A stretch of 63,500 bases of DNA, counting the filler, from Globobulimina sp. (lineage: Eukaryota): NCBI GenBank assembly GCA_003354225.1. It is 39 parts of 39 records of this genome, joined end to end, with 100 filler letters (N's around TTAATTAATTAA, not from the genome) between each part and the next. Parts side by side here need not be neighbours in the genome. Positions count along the whole stretch, not along the records: positions 37,521 to 39,050 come from PIVH01015232.1; positions 39,151 to 40,680 come from PIVH01015233.1; positions 40,781 to 42,310 come from PIVH01015234.1; positions 42,411 to 43,940 come from PIVH01015235.1; positions 44,041 to 45,570 come from PIVH01015236.1; positions 45,671 to 47,200 come from PIVH01015237.1; positions 47,301 to 48,830 come from PIVH01015238.1; positions 48,931 to 50,460 come from PIVH01015239.1; 31 more parts are not named here. One strand, written 5' to 3'. Position 1 is the stretch's first letter, and each line of letters opens with the position of its first letter. A program made the translations under genes and the position numbers. Below, piece after piece: positions 37,521 through 48,932 of this stretch. Under the pieces are notes generated by a model. It ran no database searches. It was given only the letters and a program-made list of their open reading frames with translations, and was not told where the DNA came from.

Positions 37521-38212
37521 TAAAAGGATGCTAATTTATCAATTTCTGATTGGTTTCTATGTTTGGATGATGTTAATAAATGTAATATTTGTTTGATTAA
37601 ATCTTGTTGTAATTGAATGTTACTGTTTGAATTGTATATATATTGAATAATATTCACATACGTTTCAAATGAAACTGGGTCGTATCTGGATGAAAAATGT
37701 AATAATGAATATAAACATTTGTCGACATTCATTTGAGAAGACTCAAATGATAAAAGGATAGAAATTATGGATTCAATGCATTGTTTATTGGGTAATTTAG
37801 AATCATTTATAAATTGTTGTAAAATATTGACAATTAATGCAAATATTTTTGGTGGTTCATAATATTGCAATGTATTTGATGATATTTTGATGGCAATCTT
37901 TTGTAATAAAAGTTGAGTGTCTTGGTTTATTGAATAATGATTAGATTTTAAATGTGCTGATATTTGGTTTAATAATGCATCATTGATTGAATTTGTTTCA
38001 TCTAATCCGGATATTATTGAATTTATATTTGTGGATACCTTTGAATCTAAATTAATGGACTCAAATCCATGATGTATCGCATGATTATTAAATATTTCAT
38101 CGATTGATTGTATATGTGTTTGCGTTGAACACCGACGGACTAAAATATATCCAATGTTAACGGCAGTATTTGATCTTTTTGCAAGTTTGCAACCAATAGT
38201 TCTGCTATACAT
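37521..38212 (-). CDS. Hypothetical helical protein with mitochondrial-presequence-like start (3' partial)
   Basis: Basic, acid-free N-terminus MYSRTIGCKLAKRS...VRRCS. Confidence 0.5.
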
Positions 38213-38412
38213 TGCGTGATAATTTGACACCTACCTAAGTAGGTGCCATTTATTAATTCAGTTTGGAGTAAAATAGTTTTAAAAAATGTTACTCTGGATA
38301 CTAGTATAATAATTTTATTATTTTATCGCCGATCATGCCACTGTTTTTTTGAGACGTACATTAATCAGAAATTTCTTGTAAATAAGTACTGGTTCATATA
38401 GTTAATAGGACA

Positions 38413-39050
38413 ATGTTGTGGCGAGGTAGCAAATGCCATCCATTATTGCATAGATTTATAACATGCGCGTCATCAATAAATACAAATAATAGATTATTAT
38501 TTTCCACATCGATGAGAAAGAAAGAAGAAGAAGACAGATTTGAGCAAGAAACAGCAGTTAATCCACAAGCAGACTTTGCAGATATTTGGGAAACAACCAC
38601 CGATGATAAGATTCAACATTTAACACAAGAAATTCGTAGATCATCAGGTAAGAAAATTGCAATATTTGGTTCAATGTCGGCGCTTTTATGTGGCAAAATG
38701 GGTTGGTATCAATTTGAATTCTTAGGAATGCCATTTGAAATGGAAGTGGTTATGCTCCATTTACCATTTACATTTATAACCATACATTGGTTGTCCTGGT
38801 ATTTTAATATGAGCAAAATATATAAAAAATTAGTTTTCAAATTACCACCGGATTGGAAAGCAAATGAAGGCTTAATTGGTGGCACCAAATCAGAATATCA
38901 TCAATTGGTTGTAATGGATAATAAATCAAATTTGGTTTTATTGGATGAATGGAGTAAACATATGAATAAACATAAAATAGTGTGTGCTGCCATGTGCGCA
39001 ATGAATATAAGTATTGTTATGTTAACAGGAAGCATCAATCCATTCACTGA
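38413..39050 (+). CDS. Hypothetical membrane protein with mitochondrial-presequence-like start (3' partial)
   Basis: MLWRGSK...RLLFSTSMR, followed by TM segments; divergent from the previous gene. Confidence 0.55.
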
Positions 39051-39150
39051 NNNNNNNNNNNNNNNNNNNNNNNNNNNNNNNNNNNNNNNNNNNNTTAATT
39101 AATTAANNNNNNNNNNNNNNNNNNNNNNNNNNNNNNNNNNNNNNNNNNNN

Positions 39151-39415
39151 GTCCGGCGGTTGCTGCCATGCCGTCGAAGACTGGGGGGGAGTCGAGCTTG
39201 TAGTTGGCTCGTTTCTTGCCGTCTTTTGTTGCGACGGCCCAGAGTTGGCCGCCTTTGTTGACTTGCCAGGCGGCGAGTGTTGCGTCTGGGTTTTTGAGGG
39301 TGAGTCCTCCGCGTCGCTCGCTTTTTTCGTTGGCGAGATCGGGAGGGCCTGCGACGAAGGTTAGGTCGCCGGCCATGAGCATTGCTCTGACGTGGAACGG
39401 CAGCGGGCTGGCGCG
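39151..39415 (-). CDS. Fragment of bacterial PQQ-like beta-propeller protein (GC-rich, Planctomycete-like)
   Basis: VRAMLMAGDLTFVAGPPD...GGQLWAV...DG...YKLDSPPVFDGMAA; GC much higher than the rest of the window. Confidence 0.65.
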
Positions 39416-39581
39416 ATCGATAGAATTGAGGCAAGCCTGGTCTTGGTTGTTGAAAGAAAACCTCAAGCCGGTTCTTTTCAGTGCGATAGGTGACATGTTT
39501 TTTGAAGGGGCCGGAATAGTAAAAAGATCTGACAGTTATCCTTGCACTTCCACGAAAAAAACATTAATCAGTTTGTATCTC

Positions 39582-40573
39582 TCACCAAAATATCACTGAT
39601 TTTTTGGTACAGTTTACAGCCAAATAGTCAAAGCTCCACAAACAAGTGCTAAGAATGCCAATAATAAAAGTACACCATGCTCGCGAGAAGATTCCTTGAA
39701 CCATAAATGAGACACTTATTGGAATTGTTATGCAAATCATCATTTCATATCTGGTAATTTTACCTTTCCGAGTGCCCTGAAAGAATGACTGACAATGTTC
39801 CTTTTGAAGTCTTCTATTCACAATGTCCTTACATTATAAATTAAATCAACATTAATATATTCTACAACAACTAAAACTGCAGTTTTAACCAATTTTAATT
39901 GTTGTATATATATATAACTAACCTTAACCAACATAAAGGCACATTCATCCGCCATAAATATATACTGATATGCCAATAATTTGATAAGTACATCCAAGTA
40001 ATGCACATCTCTCGAATACCATGAAAGTGTTATATAATATGCAAAACTGCCAACAGTGTATAGTATCAATTCGGAGAAATATTTTAAAATTAAAACATGG
40101 CAATGTGTTCTATTGATATTCCAGTCGGCTAAGATATAAATATCAACCCAAACTTGTGCCAATTGCTTGTATGTGGATAATAATCCAATCATAAAAAATG
40201 GCCACAATAACAATGAATGCCAGCTGGATGGAAAAAAGGTCCATAGCTTCCACTGGTCGAGCTGCAGCGGGTGGTTGGTCTTATCGACAAATGCCGCAAT
40301 CATTGTGATCAAAGCAAGCCATTGAATTGCTGCAGTCAAATATGCAAGAAATCCTAAGCCATATTTTATATCTCGGCTAATGAAACTATGCTCTTTGAAT
40401 CGTAAATCTTTGCGATAGTTTGCAATTAAAAATGCATTGTATATATTGGCATTACATGAACATTTGTAGGATGACATGTATTCATTTGCATAATTTTGAG
40501 CATCGTGTGATTCTGAATCACTGGTAATAATATCAGCTCCACTCAAAGGGGCTTTTTGTTCTGTAAGTTCCAT
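39582..40573 (-). CDS. Hypothetical eukaryotic multi-pass membrane protein (intron 39828-39922)
   Basis: Phase-0 GTTAGT...AAG splice joins ORFs 39818-40573 and 39582-39821. Confidence 0.6.
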
Positions 40574-40919
40574 ATTATGTACACAATTGAGCTGACTACT
40601 TAGTAGAAAATGAAATCATAAAATTCCTCATAAAAAACTCGGAGGCTTTTTTATCCCGTTATGATGGACAGTAAACAGTCNNNNNNNNNNNNNNNNNNNN
40701 NNNNNNNNNNNNNNNNNNNNNNNNTTAATTAATTAANNNNNNNNNNNNNNNNNNNNNNNNNNNNNNNNNNNNNNNNNNNNAGACGTGCCACGTGAGGAGT
40801 GTACATGTATAATGACTGTATGAGTATAGCATATTTCATTGGATGATCATTGACTTTATATAGTGCATATAATCATAAATATATTAAAATTAACGTAAAT
40901 TTAGGTACATGTATATTAT

Positions 40920-42235
40920 TCATGCAATGATGGTTTGTAACTCGAGCTCAATTTGAGCACATAATTTCCGATCCATTTGCTTAAATATGCGGATAAAGTT
41001 GAAGGTCAGTGATTGAGTCATCGAATTCCAATGTTTGGCTTCGTTTTGAATTAAAGCAGCATATATTAGTGGGAATATGCTATATTTATGGTCATAGGTA
41101 AACGTAGCAATCATCTCATTTTGCCACAGACAAATGGCGGTTTCTGAAACTTGAAAATGCGGCGAACAAATTGATAAAGCAATGCGTCCAAATAATGGAT
41201 GAATAAATGGCTCCAAATCGCATTCAAATGTCAGTGACAAACACAAGATTTGTTCCATTTCATTGAGAAACAATATTTCTTTCCGAGTGGACTGTTTCGG
41301 CCAAAACCTTAACAAACCACCAATAACTTCAATGGCTAAGCTCGGATCTTTTTGTATGAACATTGTTATACATTGCCTTAATTCGACATGGAACTGCGAC
41401 AAAAAAGAGACTTTATACAATGGAATGAGTACATTTCGTAACCAGCATTTCGCAGACACATTGACTGGAATACACACTCCATCGATTATTTTATGAAAAA
41501 TGTGCAATGTATCTGCTATTCCATTGTGCCGTTGATCTAAATATATGGCAGGATATAAGATATTGTTTATCATTGTTTTCCGTATAAATGAGCGAAATCT
41601 GCACCTTTTAATATACAGTTTGTGCACTATACATTTTATAAATTCTCGTTCTCGAATATCTTCACTGTCCAACAAAGCAATCAGCTGTGTTACAAATCTT
41701 TTATTAATGTGACAAAAAGAAAAAGTTTCTTTATCCGCAATGTTTAAAAAAAGCTCAAAAAATTCGTAAATATGTTGCAAATATGACCTGAATATATTTA
41801 TTTGTTTATTTCAAAAGTATGATATTTATAAACAGACCATGATGGATATAAAGTTTGTTCCTCTTTTTTTGGATCAAAAGCACTGTAATTGGATGGTGGT
41901 AAACTTCTGAATAAATTGAGTGAAACCATTTGCATAATGAGAGGCATAAATTGTTTGGAAAAGCAAACTTTTGATGTTGATGCATATTCCACCAATTCTT
42001 TCAAATCTCGACATTTCATTTGTTGCTGGGATTGGTTTGAATCATTTATTTCATCATATATTACAGAACAATGTTTCAGTTTTTGTTTGAACACTCGTTC
42101 TCGTTCTGATTTGTTTACAATATTCGATAACGAATAGTACCAATAACTCAGCATTAATATTATCAAATCATCCGGTACCGGAACTGAAATTTGTCGAATA
42201 TAACCAAAAAATAACAACTTACAACTTTGGTACAT
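40920..42235 (-). CDS. PP2A B' (B56) regulatory subunit, divergent (intron 41788-41837)
   Basis: NLFRSLPP, PSWSYLQHIYEFF, LLDSEDIREREFIK, GLLRFWPK, KEILFLNE, SPHFQVSE, HWN. Confidence 0.92.
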
Positions 42236-42410
42236 TTAATAGTTAAAGTAAAAGGTTTTTAAAATTCATAATACCACACACAATACAACCAAACTCGAAG
42301 ACGTACGACGNNNNNNNNNNNNNNNNNNNNNNNNNNNNNNNNNNNNNNNNNNNNTTAATTAATTAANNNNNNNNNNNNNNNNNNNNNNNNNNNNNNNNNN
42401 NNNNNNNNNN

Positions 42411-42640
42411 ATACAATTGATCAAATGTTAAAAAAAAAAGTTGATTTAGCACCAATTTCCGAAAAAAAAGATGTGGAGAGGATGGAAGTGGATGAAAATG
42501 AGAATGAGAATAAGAATAAGAATAAAAATGTTAAGAATAAGAATAAAAATAAAAAGGCAGCAAAAAAGAAACCAAAATCAAAAAAAGTACCATTATTACC
42601 TGAGGAAGATAGTGACGAAGAAATGCTTTGTGTCGAATGA
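42411..42640 (+). CDS. C-terminal low-complexity fragment
   Basis: Lys/Asn/Glu-rich ORF near contig edge. Confidence 0.35.
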
Positions 42641-42724
42641 GTGAAACATTGACTAGTTGGTGGGAATGATTTTTTTTTCATTTGTTTACTATTTACTAAA
42701 ATATTTTGGCAGAAATGCACCTAT

Positions 42725-43345
42725 ATGCATAGACAAACACACTGTTTGCTTTTAAAAATCCATATTGTTGTGCTAAATACGCTTGCTTTTAAATGCCGCA
42801 ACTCACAGAAAAAAACTCTGTTACTAAAAGCTCCAGACTTGACAATGAAACAATTTCTGGTGTTATCTAGAACCAATGGCTTATATCGATTGGAACATAT
42901 TCTATGGAATCATGCATCGTACCACACTTTATCTAAATGTCATTTTTCCAATTCCAGCCCATTGGATAAATTGAAAAAAGAATTCAAAAGTTTCAAATCA
43001 TCGCTGGAAAAGAAATATTCATCGTTTGGTGGTTTTGATTTTAGTGAATTTATGGCACCATTTAAACGCACCAACGATAGATCTAAGCGATACAACCCAT
43101 TCTTTTGGTATTTTTATGAACAATGTCAAAAAAAACATGCTTTCTACATTGCACAACAAATGGGTTTATCCATTCGTGAGATTACATTTGATCAAAATAA
43201 AGCATTCATCCATTCAAATTTACCAATACCTCAACAAGAATTAAATGAATTATCAAAACGAGTCAAAAAGGAATGTCCAATGGCAAGATTTAATGATGGA
43301 GTGGGAAAGGATGAGACTCAATGGTTACAACACAAGAACAAATAA
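42725..43345 (+). CDS. Hypothetical protein (likely start at MKQFLV, presequence-like)
   Basis: 206-aa ORF. Confidence 0.45.
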   Translation: MHRQTHCLLLKIHIVVLNTLAFKCRNSQKKTLLLKAPDLTMKQFLVLSRTNGLYRLEHILWNHASYHTLSKCHFSNSSPLDKLKKEFKSFKSSLEKKYSSFGGFDFSEFMAPFKRTNDRSKRYNPFFWYFYEQCQKKHAFYIAQQMGLSIREITFDQNKAFIHSNLPIPQQELNELSKRVKKECPMARFNDGVGKDETQWLQHKNK

Positions 43346-43413
43346 TTCGAGGATTCTTCACTTGACTCGAGAATTAAAGTTTTATGCGTTGTTAAAATCA
43401 GCGCACTTGTTTA

Positions 43414-43940
43414 ATGGGAACAACTTTTTCTAAGGTTTCTCCTTGTTGTGGCTGGGACGATACCCCATCAGACATTACAAATGAGCTAAGGTCACCAATA
43501 CGACGTTATAATAAACTCGTCGAGCAAAAAATTGACAAAAACGATGAATTAAAACAAGAGCAATCTGAGCAAGACACATATATTGAGAATGAACAAAATT
43601 TAAAAATAACAGCAATAAGTTATAAATCTCAACACAAAAAGATTGAAATTGGAGCATCGATCTCCGCTGATGTATATTCAATGAGTATGCCCAAATCATT
43701 AACTTTAAGACATTCAAAAAGTTGTATTATCGCATTAACTGCGAAACATCGATATAAATTGAATCAGAAACGCGAATCTACGCTGTTAGTCCGACGCGCA
43801 AAGCAAGATTTTTCATTACCATTACGCATTAATGAAATATGCCAAATCTTTGCAAACTATATCAATGAAAATAATTCGACTGATGATAACAGTGAAAATG
43901 AAATAGATTTATTTCAAATTGACATAACGTATTCACAGTT
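43414..43940 (+). CDS. Hypothetical protein with N-myristoylation/palmitoylation-like start (3' partial)
   Basis: MGTTFSKVSPCC fits MGxxxS plus cysteines. Confidence 0.55.
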
Positions 43941-44481
43941 NNNNNNNNNNNNNNNNNNNNNNNNNNNNNNNNNNNNNNNNNNNNTTAATTAATTAANNNN
44001 NNNNNNNNNNNNNNNNNNNNNNNNNNNNNNNNNNNNNNNNGTGAAACCTGATCTTGATAGGATAATATGTATAATAATTTTGTGCAAGGATAATATGTAT
44101 AATTAAAACATCCAAGTCTCAATATTGCGCGATATAAAAACATATTATGTACACACAATGTATACAATAGCAAGGTTGGAATAAGTGACACCAAGGCGTG
44201 CTGTATCCAGAGCAGTAGTTTGTGCTTCGATGAGTTGTGAAGCATTATGTATTGATGCTAAATGTGTGTCATTATATAAAATAAACATGCATCCTCCCAA
44301 TGATTTAATTGATAATTATTGTTTCATATATATAGTTTGGAACAAAATAATACATCGCTAGCAAACAACACATAATTCAAACGGCACTAAATTGAATGGT
44401 AAATATATATTAAGATTGCTCTTCCTTTACTAGTATTTTGTAATGTGTGAAGAAAGTTTTTTTGTGGTTTCTGACTTTACA

Positions 44482-45421
44482 ATGCAAGACATTAAGCTGG
44501 TGAATGTTGGAGATGGTGCTGTAGGAAAAACAACAATGCTGATCTCGTTAATTATATACTAGTAATGTATTATTATGTCAATCTATGTACGTGACCATGT
44601 TTAGGTATACAACACTGGAGTTTCCTGTGAATTACATACCGCATGTCTTTGACAATTACAATGCGACAGTAATGGTTGATGGTCACCAGATAAATTTAGG
44701 ATTATGGGATATTGGCGGAGGCGAAGACTATGACAGATTGCGACCGCTATCATATCCTCAAACTAATATATTTCTTGTTTGTTTCAGTATTTTCAGCAGA
44801 GATTCTTTTGAGAATGTTAAAGAAAAATGGCATCCAGAAATATCACATCATTGTCCTCAAATACCATGGATTTTAGGTTGAGATAAATTTAATATGGCAG
44901 TAATTTGAAAATGTAAGCAATCCCATATAGAAAACTACTGTTCATACATTTTCAAAGTACTGTCAACTTAAATTAAATGTATAGTTGGAACGAAAAGCGA
45001 TTTGCGACGTGAAAATATAATGCAACATCGACAGAAATTGAATGAATTAAAGAAGACACATGAAAATGTGTCTGTTTCTAGTTGTGATCCAATATCACAT
45101 GCATATGTATCTGGTGCGTCCATTGAATTTATTGTTTCTAAATATAACGATACCAATGTTCGTCTCCCAAATGATATTCTCAAACTAATCTGTAAATACA
45201 TGAAACCTGCATATTGTTGGTGGGGAAACTGGGGATGTGATGGTTTTGTCACTCGAAAAGAAGCTAAAGAATTATGCCACCAATTAGGCGGAGCGCAATA
45301 TATTGAAATTTCATCATTTTTATTTCAGAATGGTCTCCAATATTTATTCGAACAAGCCATAAGATTTGCACTCAGCTCCATTCAACTCCGAAAAAAGAAG
45401 AGAACTTGTTTGTTGTTGTGA
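44482..45421 (+). CDS. Atypical Rac/Rho-family GTPase, 257 aa (introns 44547-44604, 44877-44984)
   Basis: [46 protein letters not shown], polybasic + CLLL CAAX. Confidence 0.92.
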
Positions 45422-45670
45422 TAATTGATTTAAATTAGTAATTTCTGATCATTGTATGGGTGAGTCAGAACTCATCCCTATAATATAAACGGAACATGTT
45501 CACACAGAATATACACAAGGATGAGTCTGAATATCGTTAAAAGGAAAAACTCTCTTTACAACAAAGTTGANNNNNNNNNNNNNNNNNNNNNNNNNNNNNN
45601 NNNNNNNNNNNNNNTTAATTAATTAANNNNNNNNNNNNNNNNNNNNNNNNNNNNNNNNNNNNNNNNNNNN

Positions 45671-47200
45671 ACACGAAAATGTTCTAAATGCAAATCATTA
45701 AATTCTACAGCACATATTTTAAAAGCAGGCAAGGTATATTTTCAACGACGAAAATTAGAGAATGGTGGCATTGAACAGGAATATAAATTTAACAAAGATA
45801 TAGTATATATTGACGATAGTAAATATGCTGAATTACCACTGGTAAAAAGTGGTTATGACATAGCAATACTTAGATTTAAAGATACAAATAATTATTACAA
45901 ACATGTCTGTAAAAATATTTTATTGGTTGATGGCAAATTATTTCATAATATCAGAGGGAAACATGCATATTATATCTATGGATATCCTTTAATTGTGTTC
46001 AAAAAACCAATGGATGAGCTTAAGCAACGCGAAGCTATGTGGGGTGCTGAATCAATTAATGACATATTTGAATGTGAGTTAAATCAGTATGGTAATGGAA
46101 AATATGTGTTAAAACAAAGCGAAATTGATGCGTCAGGTGGCACTTCTGGAGCAGCGATATTTTCAATTTATGCTAAATATACTCTGATATTTGCTGTTCA
46201 TACCGGTGGATCAAAAAAATATAAATATAATGCAGGTACTCTATGTGCAAAAACGTTAACTGCACAACATAGCACCATCAAAAATGTGGATGATTTGATT
46301 ATGGCAACATTGCAAACAGACATCCACTATTCTCCTGAAAATACAGTGGATGATCCAAGCAAAAATAACTCAGAAACATTTGGAGGAAGAGGACCAAAAC
46401 AAAAAAAGAGTAAGAAATGGAATGACAAAGCAATGATTGAGTGGAGTGCTAAAGATGTTAAATCATGGATAGAATCAATGGCATCATATAAAAAATATGC
46501 CTCTGCATTTCCACAGTATATCGATGGTCGAGAATTATTGAATTATTTGAATACCACCAACGATGATTTAACATTAATTATACCAAAGAAATTATGGCGC
46601 AAACGATTTATGGAAAAATTAAAATTAGCAAAAACGCACTATGCACAAACAAAAACACTATCAAATGATGCATGTGATGACGAAAAGGGATGGCCAACAA
46701 AGCAAGCAACCAACAAAGGTGCAGTGAATGGTATTTTCGGGCTAAGAAATTTTGTGAATACATGCTTTATGAATACATCGATTCAAATATTATCGCAATC
46801 GCCATACATTACACGTTATCTAAGCAAACGTGCGAAATTATCCAAAACAAATGGTGGTGGTACAGTCAATTGGGTGTATAACAAATATAACAATGCACGT
46901 TCATACGTTTATGGTAACAATGCTGATGATTCAATGTTGAATGCATGGACTGAACTATGTGATATTATTTACAATCAGCAACGATCTCATTCGTATTCCA
47001 AAACATTAAGTCCTGCAAATATTAGAGACGCATTAACTAAAATGGATAAGAATTTTGGTTCAGGTCGGCAAGACGATGCAAGCCGTTCATTAGATTACAT
47101 GTTGCAAGCATTAGACGAACAAATTGAACAGGAAATTAACAGTAAGAAGAAAATTAAAACTGGGCATGACATTATACGCAAAGATAATATTCCAATATTC
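45671..47200 (+). CDS. Trypsin-like serine protease + SAM + USP deubiquitinase fusion (partial both ends)
   Basis: One open frame: GYDIAIL, IYGYP, DASGGTSGA, AVHTGG; WSAKDVKSWI..IDGRELL (SAM); GLRNFVNTCFMN, RQDDA (USP). Confidence 0.8.
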
Positions 47201-47302
47201 NNNNNNNNNNNNNNNNNNNNNNNNNNNNNNNNNNNNNNNNNNNNTTAATTAATTAANNNNNNNNNNNNNNNNNNNNNNNNNNNNNNNNNNNNNNNNNNNN
47301 TA

Positions 47303-48718
47303 AGTGATGTATATGAGGATGAACAAATTGCTTCGTCCACTGCAACATTTGAAAATGAGTCGGGATTACCATCCTCCTCAACGGTGTATGGTATCTTTTT
47401 AAATAGTTACGGTGCGTCCGTGTTTGGTATAGCTGGTGCCCCGGGAATGTCTGACCGCGTCGACATTACAAATGTGTCCATTCATGGATTATATAAAGAT
47501 CCCTGGGAAGTGCCCAGGATTATGCTGACCAAAGGCCCCTTTAATGATATTATGGATTTAGGTCGAATCACTGATAATGGTTTGAGTAATGTGTCGGCGG
47601 CAACCTATGTTGGGAACAGTTACAGCGATGCACAGTACGCACTACATAAACTGTCGACGGATTGGAGTGTTTTGGGACATTCTACTTTGGCGACAAATAC
47701 TGACGGCTGGATTCATGGAGGGGTCAAACTAAAGGATGTTGAACTACGCTGTAACAGTGATATAATGTTACATGTAACCAAAGGAATATTTGGTTTGAGG
47801 ATTGATAATACGAATAATTTGAACATTAATGGATTGCAGATCTATGATTTACAAAATGTTGGTGCTTTAGGCTCGTATGTTTGTGGCAATTATGAATCCA
47901 AACTAGATGGCGGTCATAGAAACCAAAATTATCCGTTGCAGAGAGGATATACAGGGACTGAGATTCACGTCGTTTCATTTGTAGAATCGAGTGGGTATAT
48001 TCAGAATATATCCATTTCAAATGTTGTGTCGGCAAATGGTGACGTGATGGTATTACAATTCTTTCCCTCCAATGATATCATTGTTGGCGATGAGATATCA
48101 ATTTCAGATATTCATGCTGGTGCTGCATTGGATAAAAGTTATTTGAGTGAAATGGAGAATTATTTACCAAATAAAATACCCAGAGCCTGCGTTTTAGATA
48201 TTTGGTGGTGGACTGATGACAATGTCAACATGAATGCAAATAACATTCGGTTTACAAATAAAAGTAATATTAAAGCAAAATGTATCACTTCGCATGAAAA
48301 TTGTAATAGTTCCGATTCGTTGCAATTTGACTATGAAGGATTAAATAGTCAACAATTTGGAGATTGTGATGAGAGCAGTATTGTTAAACAAATAAATGAT
48401 AATAATATTTATGAAACATATATTTCGAAGGTGAGCGTGGATCATTTGAAATTATTTAAAATTATTCAAAATAGAAAAGAAAAAAACGAAAATCCGATTT
48501 ATAATAATCATGCATCAAATCCATCAGTCTCAATATGGTCATTTATTACATTTATAATTGTATTAATATCAATTATATTATTTGTTGCATGCAAACAAAA
48601 TGAAAATAAAATGAAGTCACTCATACAGAATGAAAATAATGCTGAAAATTCGGAATATCAAAAATTGATTGATAGACCAATTCCAAAATATCTATTGGAT
48701 ATTGATTTGTCTGGTTAA
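47303..48718 (+). CDS. Hypothetical single-pass membrane protein, possibly beta-helix ectodomain (5' partial)
   Basis: Repeating I.NV.I..L pattern; C-terminal TM IWSFITFIIVLISIILFVAC. Confidence 0.6.
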   Translation, partial: SDVYEDEQIASSTATFENESGLPSSSTVYGIFLNSYGASVFGIAGAPGMSDRVDITNVSIHGLYKDPWEVPRIMLTKGPFNDIMDLGRITDNGLSNVSAATYVGNSYSDAQYALHKLSTDWSVLGHSTLATNTDGWIHGGVKLKDVELRCNSDIMLHVTKGIFGLRIDNTNNLNINGLQIYDLQNVGALGSYVCGNYESKLDGGHRNQNYPLQRGYTGTEIHVVSFVESSGYIQNISISNVVSANGDVMVLQFFPSNDIIVGDEISISDIHAGAALDKSYLSEMENYLPNKIPRACVLDIWWWTDDNVNMNANNIRFTNKSNIKAKCITSHENCNSSDSLQFDYEGLNSQQFGDCDESSIVKQINDNNIYETYISKVSVDHLKLFKIIQNRKEKNENPIYNNHASNPSVSIWSFITFIIVLISIILFVACKQNENKMKSLIQNENNAENSEYQKLIDRPIPKYLLDIDLSG

Positions 48719-48932
48719 TTAACTTTGTATATGTAATTTATTTTATTTTTGTTATTTGTTAATTTATTTAGTATATATATATATAAAGGGTTTCATATAA
48801 TTGTGATTTCCAATATAAATATCATTTTTANNNNNNNNNNNNNNNNNNNNNNNNNNNNNNNNNNNNNNNNNNNNTTAATTAATTAANNNNNNNNNNNNNN
48901 NNNNNNNNNNNNNNNNNNNNNNNNNNNNNNGA

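Noticed and set aside
38228-38245. Hairpin CACCTAC-CTAA-GTAGGTG between divergent genes
   Set aside because: A 7-bp stem alone is not significant; no terminator context in eukaryotic DNA
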